A program made the translations under genes and the position numbers. A model generated the notes under the pieces. The model was not told the DNA's origin, ran no database searches, and saw nothing but the letters and a program-made list of their open reading frames with translations. Below are positions 34,797 to 46,453 of a stretch of 64,000 nucleotides of DNA, piece by piece (the first letter of the stretch is position 1; every line of letters starts with the position of its first letter). The stretch is from Prochlorococcus sp. AG-355-B18 (lineage in GTDB: Bacteria; Cyanobacteriota; Cyanobacteriia; PCC-6307; Cyanobiaceae): positions 64,001-128,000 of the forward strand of contig QCDI01000003.1 in NCBI GenBank assembly GCA_003280965.1, given 5' to 3'.

Positions 34797-35291
34797 ATGA
34801 ATCGATTTCTATCAAGAAGAACCTTTATTCTAATTCCTTCCATGTCAATACTTAAAACAATTTTTAAGCCTATGCAAGTTTTAGCTTCTTCACTAGCTTC
34901 TAAAGAAGAGTGGAATTTATCTAAAGAAGATTGGAAATCAAAGCTCAGCCCAGAATCCTATTATATTTTGAGGGAGGAAGGAACTGAAAGAGCTTTTAGC
35001 AGCAAATTAAATAATGAAAAAAGAAAAGGAGTTTTCCATTGTGCAGGGTGTGATTTGCCGCTTTTTCTCTCAGATAAAAAGTATGATAGTGGAACAGGAT
35101 GGCCAAGTTTTTGGGATTCTATTCAAGGATCAATTGATACGAAGGTTGATTTTAAGTTGATTGTTCCAAGAACTGAATATCATTGTTCTAGATGCGGAGG
35201 TCATCAAGGTCATGTATTTAACGATGGGCCACCTCCCACAGGAAAAAGATACTGTAATAACGGCCTCGCATTAAGGTTTGTTCCTGATTAA
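34797..35291 (+). CDS. msrB: Peptide-methionine (R)-S-oxide reductase with Tat-like leader
   Basis: GTERAF, SGTGWPSF, GHVFNDGP, RYCNNG; N-terminal SRRTFI. Confidence 0.94.
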   Translation: MNRFLSRRTFILIPSMSILKTIFKPMQVLASSLASKEEWNLSKEDWKSKLSPESYYILREEGTERAFSSKLNNEKRKGVFHCAGCDLPLFLSDKKYDSGTGWPSFWDSIQGSIDTKVDFKLIVPRTEYHCSRCGGHQGHVFNDGPPPTGKRYCNNGLALRFVPD

Positions 35292-35297
35292 AAATTT

Positions 35298-35314
35298 GTG
35301 CGGCCTTCCGCAAC
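35298..35314. promoter_or_regulatory. GC-rich palindrome between msrB and grpE (K-box-like site or msrB terminator)
   Basis: GTGCGGCCTTCCGCAAC: TGCGG/CCGCA stem followed by a T-rich run. Confidence 0.35.
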
Positions 35315-35366
35315 TTGTTTTGTGCATCATTTTAATGGAAAATAGTCTTATTAAATTATTAGGAAA

Positions 35367-36086
35367 ATGATTGAAAATCAATCAGACAATATTGATATTA
35401 AAGAAAGTGATATTTCTGATCTGGATAATCCTCCCGAAGATACTTCACCTCAAGAAGATCAAATAGTTGAAAATGATGAATCATCATCCCAAAAAACAGC
35501 AGAAATAAATACTGAAGAATTAAAAAATACTATTTCCAATAATGATGCAAGATTAGAACAGTTAGAAAAAGAACATGAAACATTAAAAAATCAATATTTA
35601 AGAATTTCAGCAGATTTTGAAAATTTTAGGAAAAGGCAGTCTAGAGATCAGGATGATTTGAAAATTCAACTTGTTTCTAAGTCTTTAACCGCAATACTTC
35701 CTATTGTTGATAATTTTGAAAGAGCAAGACAACAACTTAAACCAGAAAGTGAAGAGGCTCAAGCTCTTCATAGAAGTTATCAAGGATTGTATAAACAACT
35801 AGTAGAAGTTTTAAAACAACAAGGAGTTGCCCCCATGAGAGTTGTTGGTCAGCAATTTGATCCAAATTTGCATGAAGCTGTATTAAGAGAGCCAAGTGAA
35901 GAGCTTAAAGAAGATTTGATTATCGAAGAATTGCAGCGAGGATATCATTTAGAAGGAAAGGTTTTAAGACATGCTTTAGTTAAAGTTTCTATGGGACCTG
36001 GAAAACAAAATTCACAAGAAGAAGTAGAAAAGGATACAGTTGAAGTGGATATTGATTCAGAGGAAAGTACTTCTGAGGATGTATAA
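35367..36086 (+). CDS. grpE: Nucleotide exchange factor GrpE
   Basis: [34 protein letters not shown]. Confidence 0.96.
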   Translation: MIENQSDNIDIKESDISDLDNPPEDTSPQEDQIVENDESSSQKTAEINTEELKNTISNNDARLEQLEKEHETLKNQYLRISADFENFRKRQSRDQDDLKIQLVSKSLTAILPIVDNFERARQQLKPESEEAQALHRSYQGLYKQLVEVLKQQGVAPMRVVGQQFDPNLHEAVLREPSEELKEDLIIEELQRGYHLEGKVLRHALVKVSMGPGKQNSQEEVEKDTVEVDIDSEESTSEDV

Positions 36087-36115
36087 ATTCCAAATTTTTA
36101 CTTGAGCATTATTTA

Positions 36116-37240
36116 ATGGCTGATTTTTATCAAATACTTGGAGTTTCAAGAGATGCTGATGCTGATACCTTAAAAAGGGCTTATAGAAAATTAGCAAGAC
36201 AATATCATCCTGACGTTAATAAAGAACCAGGAGCTGAAGATAAATTCAAAGAAATTGGCAAGGCTTATGAAGCATTAGCTGATCCTGAAACGAGAGCTAG
36301 ATATGACCAGTTTGGAGAGGCTGGTCTTGGAGGCGCAGCTGGAATGCCTGATATGGGTGATATGGGTGGCTTTGCAGATTTATTTGAAACCTTTTTTAAT
36401 GGCTTTGGTGGACAAAATCCACAGGGAGGAAGAACTCAAAGAAGAGGTCCTCAACAAGGAGATGATTTAAGGTATGACCTTAATGTTGATTTTAAAGATG
36501 CAATATTTGGTCAACAAAGAGAAATTAAAATTCCTCATCTTGAGACATGTGAAGTCTGTAGCGGAACAGGTGCAAAGCCTGGAACTGGACCAAAAAATTG
36601 TTCAACATGTGGAGGCAGTGGACAAGTTAGAAGAGCAACGAGAACGCCTTTTGGTAATTTCACACAAGTAGCTGAATGTCCCTCATGCAATGGAGCTGGT
36701 CAGATAATTGCAGATCCATGTTTAAGTTGCGGTGGTAATGGAGTAAAGCAAGTTAGAAAAAAATTAAGAATTAATATTCCTGCAGGAGTTGATACTGGTA
36801 CTAAATTAAGAGTTTCAGGCGAGGGAAATGTTGGATTGAAAGGGGGTCCACCTGGAGATCTTTATGTTTTTATTAAGGTTAAGAATGATTCAAAACTTAA
36901 AAGAGATGGTGTGACTATTTACTCAGAAATAGCTGTGAGTTATTTACAGGCTATTTTAGGAGACACTGTTGAAATTACTACAGTTGATGGAAATGTTAAT
37001 TTAACAATTCCAAGTGGTACTCAACCAAATACAACTCTGTCACTTGAGAATAAAGGTGTACCTAGACTTGGCAATCCAGTTGCTAGAGGTAATCATGAAG
37101 TTCTAGTAAAAGTAAAATTGCCAACTCTTATAAATGACGAAGAACGAAAGCTTCTAGAGGATTTAGCTTCTCAATATTCAGATAAAAATATTAATTCCAG
37201 TAATGGACTATTTAGTAAATTATTTGGTAAAGAATCTTAA
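36116..37240 (+). CDS. dnaJ: Chaperone DnaJ
   Basis: J domain with HPD, G/F region, four CxxCxGxG repeats. Confidence 0.97.
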   Translation: MADFYQILGVSRDADADTLKRAYRKLARQYHPDVNKEPGAEDKFKEIGKAYEALADPETRARYDQFGEAGLGGAAGMPDMGDMGGFADLFETFFNGFGGQNPQGGRTQRRGPQQGDDLRYDLNVDFKDAIFGQQREIKIPHLETCEVCSGTGAKPGTGPKNCSTCGGSGQVRRATRTPFGNFTQVAECPSCNGAGQIIADPCLSCGGNGVKQVRKKLRINIPAGVDTGTKLRVSGEGNVGLKGGPPGDLYVFIKVKNDSKLKRDGVTIYSEIAVSYLQAILGDTVEITTVDGNVNLTIPSGTQPNTTLSLENKGVPRLGNPVARGNHEVLVKVKLPTLINDEERKLLEDLASQYSDKNINSSNGLFSKLFGKES

Positions 37241-37470
37241 TGAGTTTTTTAAAGCATTTGGATCTTAAATCTGTTCCATGCCCTTTAAATGTCGTCAAAA
37301 TTAAATTGGCTTTAGAGAAGTTATCCACAAATGAACAACTTATAGTTGAACTAGATAAAGGTGAACCAGAAGAAATGGTATTAAATAACTTAAAAGAGAT
37401 GGGATGTTTGTTTAAACAAATCAAAGAAAATGAAAAATTTATAAAAATAAAAATATTGAATGAAAACTAA
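37240..37470 (+). CDS. TusA/SirA-family sulfur carrier-like protein
   Basis: LDLKSVPCPLN motif; 1-bp overlap with the dnaJ stop. Confidence 0.8.
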   Translation: MSFLKHLDLKSVPCPLNVVKIKLALEKLSTNEQLIVELDKGEPEEMVLNNLKEMGCLFKQIKENEKFIKIKILNEN

Positions 37471-38377
37471 TAGTAAATATTTAGGTTTAGTTACGAAAAA
37501 ATTTAATGATTTTTTTTTAGTTGATTTAAAAAATCAAGAAAACTCTGGAAATAGCCAGAAATTTTTATGTAAGGTTAAGAAGTCTATAAATTTCAAGGAT
37601 CAATTAATTTATGTTGGAGACGAAGTAGCGATTGAAAAAATTGATTTTAAAAGTAAACGTGCAATAATAACAAATCTAAAAAAAAGAAAAAATCTTTTAG
37701 TTAGACCCTCAGTTGCAAATATTTCTAACATATACGTTACTTTTTCCGTTGAAGAACCAGAGTTAAATTTATCTCAAGTTAATAGGTTTTTGATATCAGC
37801 AGAATCAATGGGAGTTGAAGTCTCATTAGTTTTGACAAAGTGTGATTTAATTTCTGATAAAAGAAGATCATATCTATTTGATAAATTTGAAAAATGGGGT
37901 TACCAATTAATAACTTTAAATTTACAGAAATCTGATTGCTTTAAAAATTTGTTAGCCGAGCTAAAGCAAAAAGAATGTTCAATTTTTATGGGTCCATCCG
38001 GAGTTGGCAAAACTACTTTGCTAAATATGATTATTCCAGGTCTTCAAAATAGTACTTCTCCAGTTTCCAATAAAATTAAAAGAGGAAAAAATACTACTCG
38101 AAACGTTGAGTTATTTGCTATTTCGAATCAAAGTTACATTGTGGATACTCCTGGTTTTAATATGCAACCTCTGGAGGTTGATATTAAGTTGTTACCAAAT
38201 CTTTATTCAGAAATATATAAACAGGTAATCGAAGAGGGAATTAAGTGTAAATTTCGTAACTGCTTACACTTAAACGATGAGGGATGTAATTTAAATAAAT
38301 CCTTTGAAAGATATTCTTTTTATAAAGAAATGATTGAGTCTTCTAAGAATCACTATTATCAAAACCAGGAAGATTGA
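37460..38377 (+). CDS. rsgA: Ribosome small subunit-dependent GTPase A
   Basis: [27 protein letters not shown]...GC. Confidence 0.94.
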   Translation: MKTNSKYLGLVTKKFNDFFLVDLKNQENSGNSQKFLCKVKKSINFKDQLIYVGDEVAIEKIDFKSKRAIITNLKKRKNLLVRPSVANISNIYVTFSVEEPELNLSQVNRFLISAESMGVEVSLVLTKCDLISDKRRSYLFDKFEKWGYQLITLNLQKSDCFKNLLAELKQKECSIFMGPSGVGKTTLLNMIIPGLQNSTSPVSNKIKRGKNTTRNVELFAISNQSYIVDTPGFNMQPLEVDIKLLPNLYSEIYKQVIEEGIKCKFRNCLHLNDEGCNLNKSFERYSFYKEMIESSKNHYYQNQED

Positions 38378-38693
38378 GATTTAATCCACCAGTCAAATCA
38401 TTCATCCTTTCTTTCATAGTTGTAGTTGATAATTCATGAGCTTTTTGAATAGCTTGTAGAATATTTTGCTGTATTTGTTCTTTATTTGAATTTAAGATAT
38501 TTTCTTGTACTTCTACCTTTAAAGGAAGTTGGTTTCCACTAATCCAAACCTTTATCATCTCATCATCACTTTTGCCTTCAATTTCCATATTTTCAAGTTC
38601 ATCTTGTAATTTTTGAGCATCTTGCTGAATTTGTTTAGCTTTTTTAAAAGCTTCTGTAAGTTGTCCAAAGTTAGGAAGTCCAAAACCCGCCAT
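38343..38693 (-). CDS. YbaB/EbfC family nucleoid-associated protein
   Basis: [27 protein letters not shown]. Confidence 0.9.
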   Translation of the reverse strand: MAGFGLPNFGQLTEAFKKAKQIQQDAQKLQDELENMEIEGKSDDEMIKVWISGNQLPLKVEVQENILNSNKEQIQQNILQAIQKAHELSTTTMKERMNDLTGGLNLNLPGFDNSDS

Positions 38694-38710
38694 TTTGTAA
38701 AAAAGTTTCT

Positions 38711-39604
38711 TTAGTTAGGATAGTCAAAACCGATCATTCTTACTTCCGGTTGCAAAAAAATCCCTTTGTTTTGTAGTACTTTTTGTTGAATTACTGTTAT
38801 TAATTCATAAATATCTTTTGAACTTGCTGAAGAAGTGTTAATTATAAAATTTGAATGCATTGTAGAAATTTCAGCACCGCCAATTTTAAAACCCTTTAAA
38901 CCCATATCATCAATTAATTTTGCTGCATAATTATTTTCAGGATTTTTAAAAACACTACCAAAACTTGGTTGATGATATGGTTGTGTTTCTGTTTTTAACT
39001 TAAGGTTATTTTTGGTTGTTTTAATTAATTTTTCTAGATTTCCATTAGGTTCAAAATGTAATCTTGCACTAATAATTGTTAAATCATCTCTTTGTAAAGA
39101 ACTAAATCTATACTCAAAATTGATATCTTTTTTTTCAATTTCAAGTTTTTCAAGAGTTTTATTATTAATAACTTTTACGGAAATAAGATTTTTTGCTAGC
39201 GATAAATTACCTGTGCCAGCATTCATATAAATTGCTCCTCCTAATGTTCCTGGAATTCCGACAGCCCATTCCCCTCCTTGTAATCCATTTTTAGCAAGAG
39301 AATTAGATAATGTTGGGAGCATTACACCTGCTTCCGCTTCAATAATTCCTGAATATGGTTCTATCTTTATTGATTTCAATTTTTTTGTACAAACAACTAA
39401 GCCTTTTATGAAAATATTATTTATTAAAAGATTTGAACCTGCGCCAATTATTTGACATCTTTGTTTATTTAAATTAGCCCATTTTATTAGATATGAAAGT
39501 TCTTCAACGCTTCTTGGCTCAGCAAAATATTCAGCTACTCCTCCCACTTTTATAGTTGTATAACTACTTAAATTACAGTTTTCAGAAAAAATTTTTTTAT
39601 TCAT
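38711..39604 (-). CDS. murB: UDP-N-acetylenolpyruvoylglucosamine reductase
   Basis: [36 protein letters not shown]. Confidence 0.96.
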   Translation of the reverse strand: MNKKIFSENCNLSSYTTIKVGGVAEYFAEPRSVEELSYLIKWANLNKQRCQIIGAGSNLLINNIFIKGLVVCTKKLKSIKIEPYSGIIEAEAGVMLPTLSNSLAKNGLQGGEWAVGIPGTLGGAIYMNAGTGNLSLAKNLISVKVINNKTLEKLEIEKKDINFEYRFSSLQRDDLTIISARLHFEPNGNLEKLIKTTKNNLKLKTETQPYHQPSFGSVFKNPENNYAAKLIDDMGLKGFKIGGAEISTMHSNFIINTSSASSKDIYELITVIQQKVLQNKGIFLQPEVRMIGFDYPN

Positions 39605-39621
39605 AAATTAGTTTATTTATT

Positions 39622-41031
39622 TTAATTATTTTTTTTATTTAAAATTGACCAGAAATTATGACAGTCACCAGCTCCCATATTCAAAATTAAATCCCCTTTT
39701 TGAGTTAATTCGTAAAAATTCTTTGTAACTTCATAATAATTATTTATGTAACTAACATTTTTATTTTTTTTATAAATCAGATCAGTAATAATTTTCGAAG
39801 TAATTTTATCTTCGTTTCCTTCTCCTGCTCCATAAATACTTGTCACATAAATCACATCTGCTTTTGATAATTCTTCAGCGAATTCTTTATTAAATTGCTT
39901 TACTCGAGAATATCTATGGGGTTGAAATAAAGCAATTAATCTATTTTTTTGAAATTCATTATTATGATTTTGCTTAATAAATAATCTTCCTAATTTAATC
40001 GTCTCTTTTATTTCGTTTGGGTGATGTGCATAATCATCATATAAACTTCTTTCATCTATTTGGCCTCTAAATTCAAATCTTTTTTTTGGCAGTTTCAAAT
40101 ATTTTAAATTTTTCTTAATTTCTATAAAATCTACTCCTATCATTCTGGAAGCTGCTATTGCTGCGGTGATATTGGATAGATTGTGTAGACCTGGAATTGG
40201 AATATTTAAATTACTGATAAAATTTCCATTTTCATAATATTTTCCAATTGTATACTTTGAATTAATTTCAATCGGGATTATTGCATATGCTACGTTTTTA
40301 AACGTAGAGTTTGACCACTTAAAATTAGAATAAAAATTTTTTCTTGAGGTTTTACAATCAAAATTAAGTAATAATTTTTTAGAGTTTTCAGCGAAACTTT
40401 TAAAAGAAGATATGACTTCAGTTAAATTAGAAAAGTGATCGCAATGATCAAAATCAATATTATTGATTATTCCAATATCAGATTTATATTTATCAATAGT
40501 CCCATCAGATTCATCAACTTCAGCTACTAAGTATTTTGTATTTTCTAAATGACAATTAGAGTTGTAAATAGGAATTATTCCTCCAGTTATTGAAGAAGAA
40601 TTACGTGTACATAACTCAAGTATCGTAGAAAGAAATGTACTAGTTGATGTTTTTCCGTGGCTGCCTGCTATCGCCAATGCAGTATAAGTACGCATTAGCA
40701 TTGCAAGTATCTCTGAACGATGTTTTATTGATAAATGTTTTTCTTTGCAATACGAAAATTCTTCATTTTCTGGCTTTATCGCGGAGCTTACAACAAAATT
40801 AATTAATCTGTTGGTAAATTTTGAAGTAACAAATTCAATATTTTGTCGAACTTGAGAAGTAAAGATGACTGCACCTAGTTTCTCCAATTTATTAGTTTCA
40901 TCGTTTTTAACTAAATCAGATCCTGAGACCGAACAACCGTTCTTAAGTAAACCCATTGCTAATGCTGACATCCCAATACCTCCGATCCCAATAAAATGAA
41001 AATGACTTTTCAAAAGTAATTTTTTATCCAA
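39622..41031 (-). CDS. murC: UDP-N-acetylmuramate--L-alanine ligase
   Basis: HFIGIGGIGMS, GSHGKTSTS, EVDESD, DDYAHHP, FQPHRYSR. Confidence 0.96.
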   Translation of the reverse strand: MDKKLLLKSHFHFIGIGGIGMSALAMGLLKNGCSVSGSDLVKNDETNKLEKLGAVIFTSQVRQNIEFVTSKFTNRLINFVVSSAIKPENEEFSYCKEKHLSIKHRSEILAMLMRTYTALAIAGSHGKTSTSTFLSTILELCTRNSSSITGGIIPIYNSNCHLENTKYLVAEVDESDGTIDKYKSDIGIINNIDFDHCDHFSNLTEVISSFKSFAENSKKLLLNFDCKTSRKNFYSNFKWSNSTFKNVAYAIIPIEINSKYTIGKYYENGNFISNLNIPIPGLHNLSNITAAIAASRMIGVDFIEIKKNLKYLKLPKKRFEFRGQIDERSLYDDYAHHPNEIKETIKLGRLFIKQNHNNEFQKNRLIALFQPHRYSRVKQFNKEFAEELSKADVIYVTSIYGAGEGNEDKITSKIITDLIYKKNKNVSYINNYYEVTKNFYELTQKGDLILNMGAGDCHNFWSILNKKNN

Positions 41032-41224
41032 TGTTTATCTTTCACTTAAATCAAAATAACTTCTAGGTAAAAATTTGCTATTTTTTCTTAAAAAAAAATG
41101 TTATTTTTTCTTGAATTAATACAAAACTAGACTTATTTGCTTAATAAATCAAAAAAACCTTACGTTATTGCACAAAATTCAGTATGATCAGCAACTTAGG
41201 TTAATCATTTAGAAATTATTAGTT

Positions 41225-42247
41225 ATGACTTTGCGTGTTGCAATTAACGGCTTTGGCAGAATTGGTCGAAACTTTATGCGTTGTTGGCTTAGTAGAGGGG
41301 CTTACACCAATATTGAAGTAGTCGGAATTAACGTTACTTCAGATCCTAAGACTAATGCTCATTTATTAAAATATGACTCAGTCCTTGGTCAACTTGATGG
41401 TGTTGATATTCAATATACTGATGATACTTTTGTAATTAATAACAAGACAATTAAATGTTTCTCAGATAGAAACCCAATGAATCTCCCTTGGAAAGACTGG
41501 GGTGTAGATTTGGTTATTGAATCTACTGGAGTATTTAATACAGACGTAGGTGCAAGTAAGCACTTAGAGGTAGGAGCAAAAAAAGTTATCTTAACTGCGC
41601 CTGGTAAAGGCGATGGCGTTGGTACTTATGTAGTTGGAGTTAATGCAGATACATATAAACACAAAGATTACGATATTTTGAGTAATGCTAGTTGTACAAC
41701 GAACTGTTTAGCTCCAGTAGTCAAAGTTTTAGATCAAACTTTTGGGATTAATAAAGGTTTGATGACTACAATTCATAGTTATACAGGTGATCAAAGAATT
41801 TTAGATAATAGTCATAGGGATCTAAGAAGGGCTAGAGCCGCTGCTACAAACATCGTTCCTACTTCTACAGGAGCTGCAAAAGCAGTTGCTCTTGTATACC
41901 CAGAAATGAAAGGCAAATTAACTGGAATTGCAATGAGAGTTCCAACTCCTAACGTTTCAGCAGTAGATTTTGTTTTTGAATCTTCTAAATCTGTCACAGC
42001 TGAAGAAGTCAATAATGCTCTCAAGGAAGCATCTCTAAGTACAATGAAAGGCATTATTAAATATGGAGATGAACCATTAGTTTCAAGCGATTATGCAGGT
42101 ACCAATGAATCATCAATTGTAGATAGTGATCTTACTATGTGTATAGGAGATAACCTTGTAAAGGTGCTTGCATGGTATGACAATGAGTGGGGTTATAGTC
42201 AGAGAGTTGTAGATTTAGCCGAGATTGTTGCTAAAAATTGGGAGTAA
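41225..42247 (+). CDS. gap2: Glyceraldehyde-3-phosphate dehydrogenase (Calvin-cycle type)
   Basis: [38 protein letters not shown]. Confidence 0.96.
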   Translation: MTLRVAINGFGRIGRNFMRCWLSRGAYTNIEVVGINVTSDPKTNAHLLKYDSVLGQLDGVDIQYTDDTFVINNKTIKCFSDRNPMNLPWKDWGVDLVIESTGVFNTDVGASKHLEVGAKKVILTAPGKGDGVGTYVVGVNADTYKHKDYDILSNASCTTNCLAPVVKVLDQTFGINKGLMTTIHSYTGDQRILDNSHRDLRRARAAATNIVPTSTGAAKAVALVYPEMKGKLTGIAMRVPTPNVSAVDFVFESSKSVTAEEVNNALKEASLSTMKGIIKYGDEPLVSSDYAGTNESSIVDSDLTMCIGDNLVKVLAWYDNEWGYSQRVVDLAEIVAKNWE

Positions 42248-43234
42248 TTAAAAGTGTTTGAAAGGTGTATTATTAAATAATTTGTTTTTTTTATTATCTT
42301 TAAATTCTATTGATGGTTCACCAACAGTAAAAAAACCAATCTCGTTAATATCTTTATCAAGATTAGATAAATTTTCTGCCCATTTTTTGGGCAATGAGAA
42401 AACTAATTCATAATCTTCTCCTCCAAAAAAATAGTATTCGTCCCATTTATCTCCTTTAGGCCAATACTCATCTTTAGGTATTTTTTCATAGTTTATGATC
42501 GCTTTGCAGTTGCTAGCTATTGCTAAATCTTGTAAGGCTTGAAATAGGCCATCACTGCTATCAGTACATCCTATTCTCCTAATATTTTTATTGGAGCGAG
42601 TTTTGAGGAGATTATTTAGAAAATTCGGGTAAACTCTTGGGCGACAAAAATGTTCAATAGACTTAATGATTAATCTTTCATTAAGTGAAAATTCATTATC
42701 GAAATTAATTTTATTTTGTATTAAAAATCCCAGTTTGCTAAGACCATGAATTCCAGTAGTTAAGATTATATCTCCTGGTTTACATGCATTTCTTCTTAAT
42801 TCAAGCTCACCTTGAATTCCAAAGGCCGTAATTGAAATGATTTTTTCATTCCCCTTTGAGCAATCTCCCCCTAGAATCAATCCGCCATATTCTTTTAATG
42901 CTTTATTTATTCCTTTGTATACTTCTTCAACCCAAATCCACTCAGTTCTAACAGGTAGAACTAGGCTTATTGTAATACCAATAGTTTTCTCGCTTCCACT
43001 AGATAATAAGTCAGAGATGTTGCTTACAACTGCTTTCCACCCAAGGTCTTGAGGGCAAATACTATTGTCGTTGAAATGAACATTTTCCACTAAAGAATCA
43101 GTATTAACAAGTAAATTTTTATTTTTAGTTTTGATTAAAGCGCAATCATCTGAAACTTGATTTTTAGGCATAAATTTTCCTAGCCTATTTATTAATTCTT
43201 TTTCTCCTATATCTTCTAATATTTCTTTATGCAT
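42248..43234 (-). CDS. thiL: Thiamine-monophosphate kinase
   Basis: GEKELI, DDCA, NISDL, GGDC, DSSDGL, GGEDYEL. Confidence 0.93.
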   Translation of the reverse strand: MHKEILEDIGEKELINRLGKFMPKNQVSDDCALIKTKNKNLLVNTDSLVENVHFNDNSICPQDLGWKAVVSNISDLLSSGSEKTIGITISLVLPVRTEWIWVEEVYKGINKALKEYGGLILGGDCSKGNEKIISITAFGIQGELELRRNACKPGDIILTTGIHGLSKLGFLIQNKINFDNEFSLNERLIIKSIEHFCRPRVYPNFLNNLLKTRSNKNIRRIGCTDSSDGLFQALQDLAIASNCKAIINYEKIPKDEYWPKGDKWDEYYFFGGEDYELVFSLPKKWAENLSNLDKDINEIGFFTVGEPSIEFKDNKKNKLFNNTPFKHF

Positions 43235-44318
43235 TTAATTTGAGGTTTTTAATCCCGTCTAAAACATCAATCGAAATTATTGTGTCATCTTTAGTAAGCT
43301 CTTCTAATACATCAAATCCATCTACAACGTAACCAAAGGCAGCATTCCTCCCGTCAATTAAATTGCGACCCGCTGGATTTAATTCTGCTTCATATAAAAA
43401 AAAGAAAAATTGCGATGACCCATCATCAACTGCGGCATTTGAATGGGACCATCCTAGAGTTCCAAGTGTTGCAAAAGGTAATGTTGGCGTCTCTGTGTAA
43501 AGACCTAAATCTTCAAAAGTTTGATTGTAAAAAGTATCTTGTTCATCAGGAATTCTTATTTCTAAGGGAACGTGACGTTCTTCATTTGTTTCAGGATCTA
43601 TGTAACCAATATCATCACCAATTGGATCGCCTGTTTGCAGTACAAAAAATTCTTCTGCTCTGTTAATGGGTAAATCTTTATAGAAGTTTTTTGAAGATAA
43701 ATCTATAAATGCTCCTGCTGTGAGTGGGGCGTTAAATCCATCCACAATTGCTTGCATATCTCCTTTGGAGGTTTTTATATTGACTTTTGCTCTGCCCAGT
43801 AATCTTGGTAAATTATCAAATTCCTGGGGAATAGAGTATGGAAATTCTTTTGGTAGAAAATATTCTTCTAAACCACCTATTTTATCTAAAGCATTTTTTC
43901 GAGTCGCTATAAATGAGTATTTATCCTTTGATTTAGAGTAATCTTGAAGGCTATCAAAATTTTCTTTGAGTTCTAAAAATGTTTTTTCAGCAATCTTCTT
44001 TTTATCTTTTGGTAATTCTTGAATAATTTTACTTTGGTATTTTTTTAGCAAAGATTGACATTTTGTAACAGTTTTCGTAAGAGCGGGCCATCTTCCTCCT
44101 CTTACAAGGTCACTAGTTTCTTCCAATTTGTGTTGAATTTCTTGTAACTCAACTTGCTTGATAGGGAGTGCGTTTCTGAGGATTGCATTAGGGTCTTTTA
44201 CTGCATTTCCAGTGGGTAAATCAGCTAATACTTGAATAGGTTTTAAAAGAAAAACCTGTAAAATTACAACCGATAGAATTAAGAAAAGTTTGTTCTGATT
44301 TGATAAGAATTTTTGCAT
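43227..44318 (-). CDS. Cyclophilin-type peptidyl-prolyl isomerase (TLP40/CYP38-like)
   Basis: DGFNAPLTAGAF, VLQTGDP, SSQFFFFL, FGYVVDG; signal peptide. Confidence 0.88.
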   Translation of the reverse strand: MQKFLSNQNKLFLILSVVILQVFLLKPIQVLADLPTGNAVKDPNAILRNALPIKQVELQEIQHKLEETSDLVRGGRWPALTKTVTKCQSLLKKYQSKIIQELPKDKKKIAEKTFLELKENFDSLQDYSKSKDKYSFIATRKNALDKIGGLEEYFLPKEFPYSIPQEFDNLPRLLGRAKVNIKTSKGDMQAIVDGFNAPLTAGAFIDLSSKNFYKDLPINRAEEFFVLQTGDPIGDDIGYIDPETNEERHVPLEIRIPDEQDTFYNQTFEDLGLYTETPTLPFATLGTLGWSHSNAAVDDGSSQFFFFLYEAELNPAGRNLIDGRNAAFGYVVDGFDVLEELTKDDTIISIDVLDGIKNLKLNA

Positions 44319-44362
44319 AGCACTCTTGCAGGTTTATGATCCTTGGGGGATGTAATACAGGA

Positions 44363-44923
44363 ATGATTTCCAGTAACGATTTTCGCACAGGAACTACCAT
44401 CGAATTGGATGGACAAGTTTGGCGTGTTGTAGAATTTCTACATGTCAAGCCTGGTAAGGGTTCTGCTTTCGTACGAACAAAATTAAAATCAGTTCAAAGC
44501 GGCAACGTTGTTGAAAAAACTTTTCGAGCCGGAGAATCAGTACAGCAGGCTATCCTTGAGAAGTCTAACCTGCAGCATACTTATGTGGAGTCTGGTGATT
44601 ATGTTTTTATGGACATGACTAGTTTTGAAGAGACAAGACTCACCTCTGAACAAATTGGTAAAGGCTCAAAGTATTTGAAAGAGGGAATGGAGGTTAATGT
44701 AATTTTCCATAATGGTAAAGTTTTAGAAGTAGAACTTCCAATATCTATTACTTTGAAAGTTACAGAAACTGATCCAGGAGTTAAAGGTGACACTGCTAGT
44801 GGGGGCACGAAACCAGCTATTCTAGAAACAGGTGCTCAAGTTATGGTTCCTTTATTTATTTCTGTGGGAGAAATGATTAAAATCGATACTCGAAATGACA
44901 CTTATCTTGGACGTGAAAATTAA
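44363..44923 (+). CDS. efp: Elongation factor P
   Basis: [30 protein letters not shown] at 44363. Confidence 0.97.
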   Translation: MISSNDFRTGTTIELDGQVWRVVEFLHVKPGKGSAFVRTKLKSVQSGNVVEKTFRAGESVQQAILEKSNLQHTYVESGDYVFMDMTSFEETRLTSEQIGKGSKYLKEGMEVNVIFHNGKVLEVELPISITLKVTETDPGVKGDTASGGTKPAILETGAQVMVPLFISVGEMIKIDTRNDTYLGREN

Positions 44924-45429
44924 TGGCTATGAAATTAGATCATGATGACTTAGATCGCTTAATAGAGAAAATCTCTACTAGCGATATTCAAGAATTTCTA
45001 CTTGAGGGAGAAGATTTTAAACTCGAAATAAAACGTAATTTATTTGATCAAAACCAAGGTACCAAAAATTTAGTTTCCAATGGCACATATGAAAGCCAAG
45101 CAATTACCAATCAAAAACCCATTAATGATAATGTCTCAGTAGCTAATGAGTCTGAGACGCCACAGGTAGCCCCTCCTGGACGCTCAGATCTTACTGAAAT
45201 TACTTCTCCTATGGTTGGAACCTTTTATAGGGCTGCAGCGCCTGGGGAGGAGCCATTTGTCGAAGTAGGAAACAATATTAAGGTCGGTCAAACTATTTGT
45301 ATTTTGGAAGCTATGAAGTTAATGAATGAAATTGAATCTGAATTTAATGCTGAAATAGTTGAGATTCTTGTTGAAAACGGAACGCCAGTTGAATTTGGTC
45401 AAGTTTTAATGCGTGTTAAGCAGTCTTGA
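44923..45429 (+). CDS. accB: Acetyl-CoA carboxylase biotin carboxyl carrier protein
   Basis: SPMVGTFY, EAMKLMNEI. Confidence 0.97.
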   Translation: MAMKLDHDDLDRLIEKISTSDIQEFLLEGEDFKLEIKRNLFDQNQGTKNLVSNGTYESQAITNQKPINDNVSVANESETPQVAPPGRSDLTEITSPMVGTFYRAAAPGEEPFVEVGNNIKVGQTICILEAMKLMNEIESEFNAEIVEILVENGTPVEFGQVLMRVKQS

Positions 45430-46440
45430 ATTTTTATTCATTTCTATGGCAGCTTTTATAGCCTCAATCATGCTTTGGCATTGAGCTATTCCTCGTCCAG
45501 CAATATCAAAACCCGTTCCATGATCTGGAGATGTTCTTATAAAAGGCAAACCTATTGTTGTATTTACTGAGTAATTAAGGGCTATAACTTTCATTGGTAT
45601 TAGACCCTGATCATGATACATAGCAAGGATGCCGTCATGTCTTTCAGCATCTTTGTTTAGCCAAGCTTTTGCCGAAGAATTCCAGCAACTATCTGGTGAC
45701 AAAGGGCCAAATAATTGAATATCTCTATTTTTTTTATTCCAAGCAATCAATGCACTATTGAGCCAATCTTTCTCTTCATTACCCAAAATCCCTTCTTCGC
45801 CAGCATGAGGATTTAATCCAGCAACTTTTAAAATAGGTTTATCAATATAGGTATTACAAAAATTTTTTAAAAGATCTAACTTAGAGTGAACCAATTGTGT
45901 AGTCAATTTCTTGGGCACCTCACGAAGTGCTATGTGAGTTGTAGCTAGTAACGTATTGAATCTCCAGCCTGTAATTGGTGATTTTGCTGTAAATAACATT
46001 CCAAAATTTTTTACTCCACATGATTTTGCTAATACTTCAGTTTGACCAGAGAAATGATGACCTGCTAGTGACCATGATTTCTTACAAATTGGTCCAGTTA
46101 CCAATGCAGAATTAGGATATTGTTTTACGATTTCAATTGCTTTCTTTAAATAAAAAAAACTTGAATTTCCATAACTTGATTTGGATTCATCACTAGATGA
46201 AGATATTTCGAGATCATGAATTTTGAGATTTTTAGGATTTGCAAGATTTTCGATTCCTAAAGATCTTAATTGTTCATATGTTTTTTGAAGATTTTTTTTG
46301 GAACCAACTAATATAAAATCAATATTTTCTGGTATCTCGTTTGAACAAAGAGCTTTTAAAGTTATTTCAGGTCCAATGCCAGATTCATCTCCAACACTTA
46401 GTACTATTTTTAATCTATTATCAGTATTCTGAAAATTCAT
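45406..46440 (-). CDS. pdxA: 4-hydroxythreonine-4-phosphate dehydrogenase
   Basis: GDESGIGPE, GLNPHAGE, AMYHDQG, RTSPDHGT. Confidence 0.95.
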   Translation of the reverse strand: MNFQNTDNRLKIVLSVGDESGIGPEITLKALCSNEIPENIDFILVGSKKNLQKTYEQLRSLGIENLANPKNLKIHDLEISSSSDESKSSYGNSSFFYLKKAIEIVKQYPNSALVTGPICKKSWSLAGHHFSGQTEVLAKSCGVKNFGMLFTAKSPITGWRFNTLLATTHIALREVPKKLTTQLVHSKLDLLKNFCNTYIDKPILKVAGLNPHAGEEGILGNEEKDWLNSALIAWNKKNRDIQLFGPLSPDSCWNSSAKAWLNKDAERHDGILAMYHDQGLIPMKVIALNYSVNTTIGLPFIRTSPDHGTGFDIAGRGIAQCQSMIEAIKAAIEMNKNSRLLNTH

Positions 46441-46453
46441 AAATTTTTTTAAT

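Noticed and set aside
42239..42247. TGGGAGTAA at the gap2 stop matches the end of the att core
   Set aside because: Only 9 bp, explained by a shared WE* ending; no arm repeats or foreign genes nearby.
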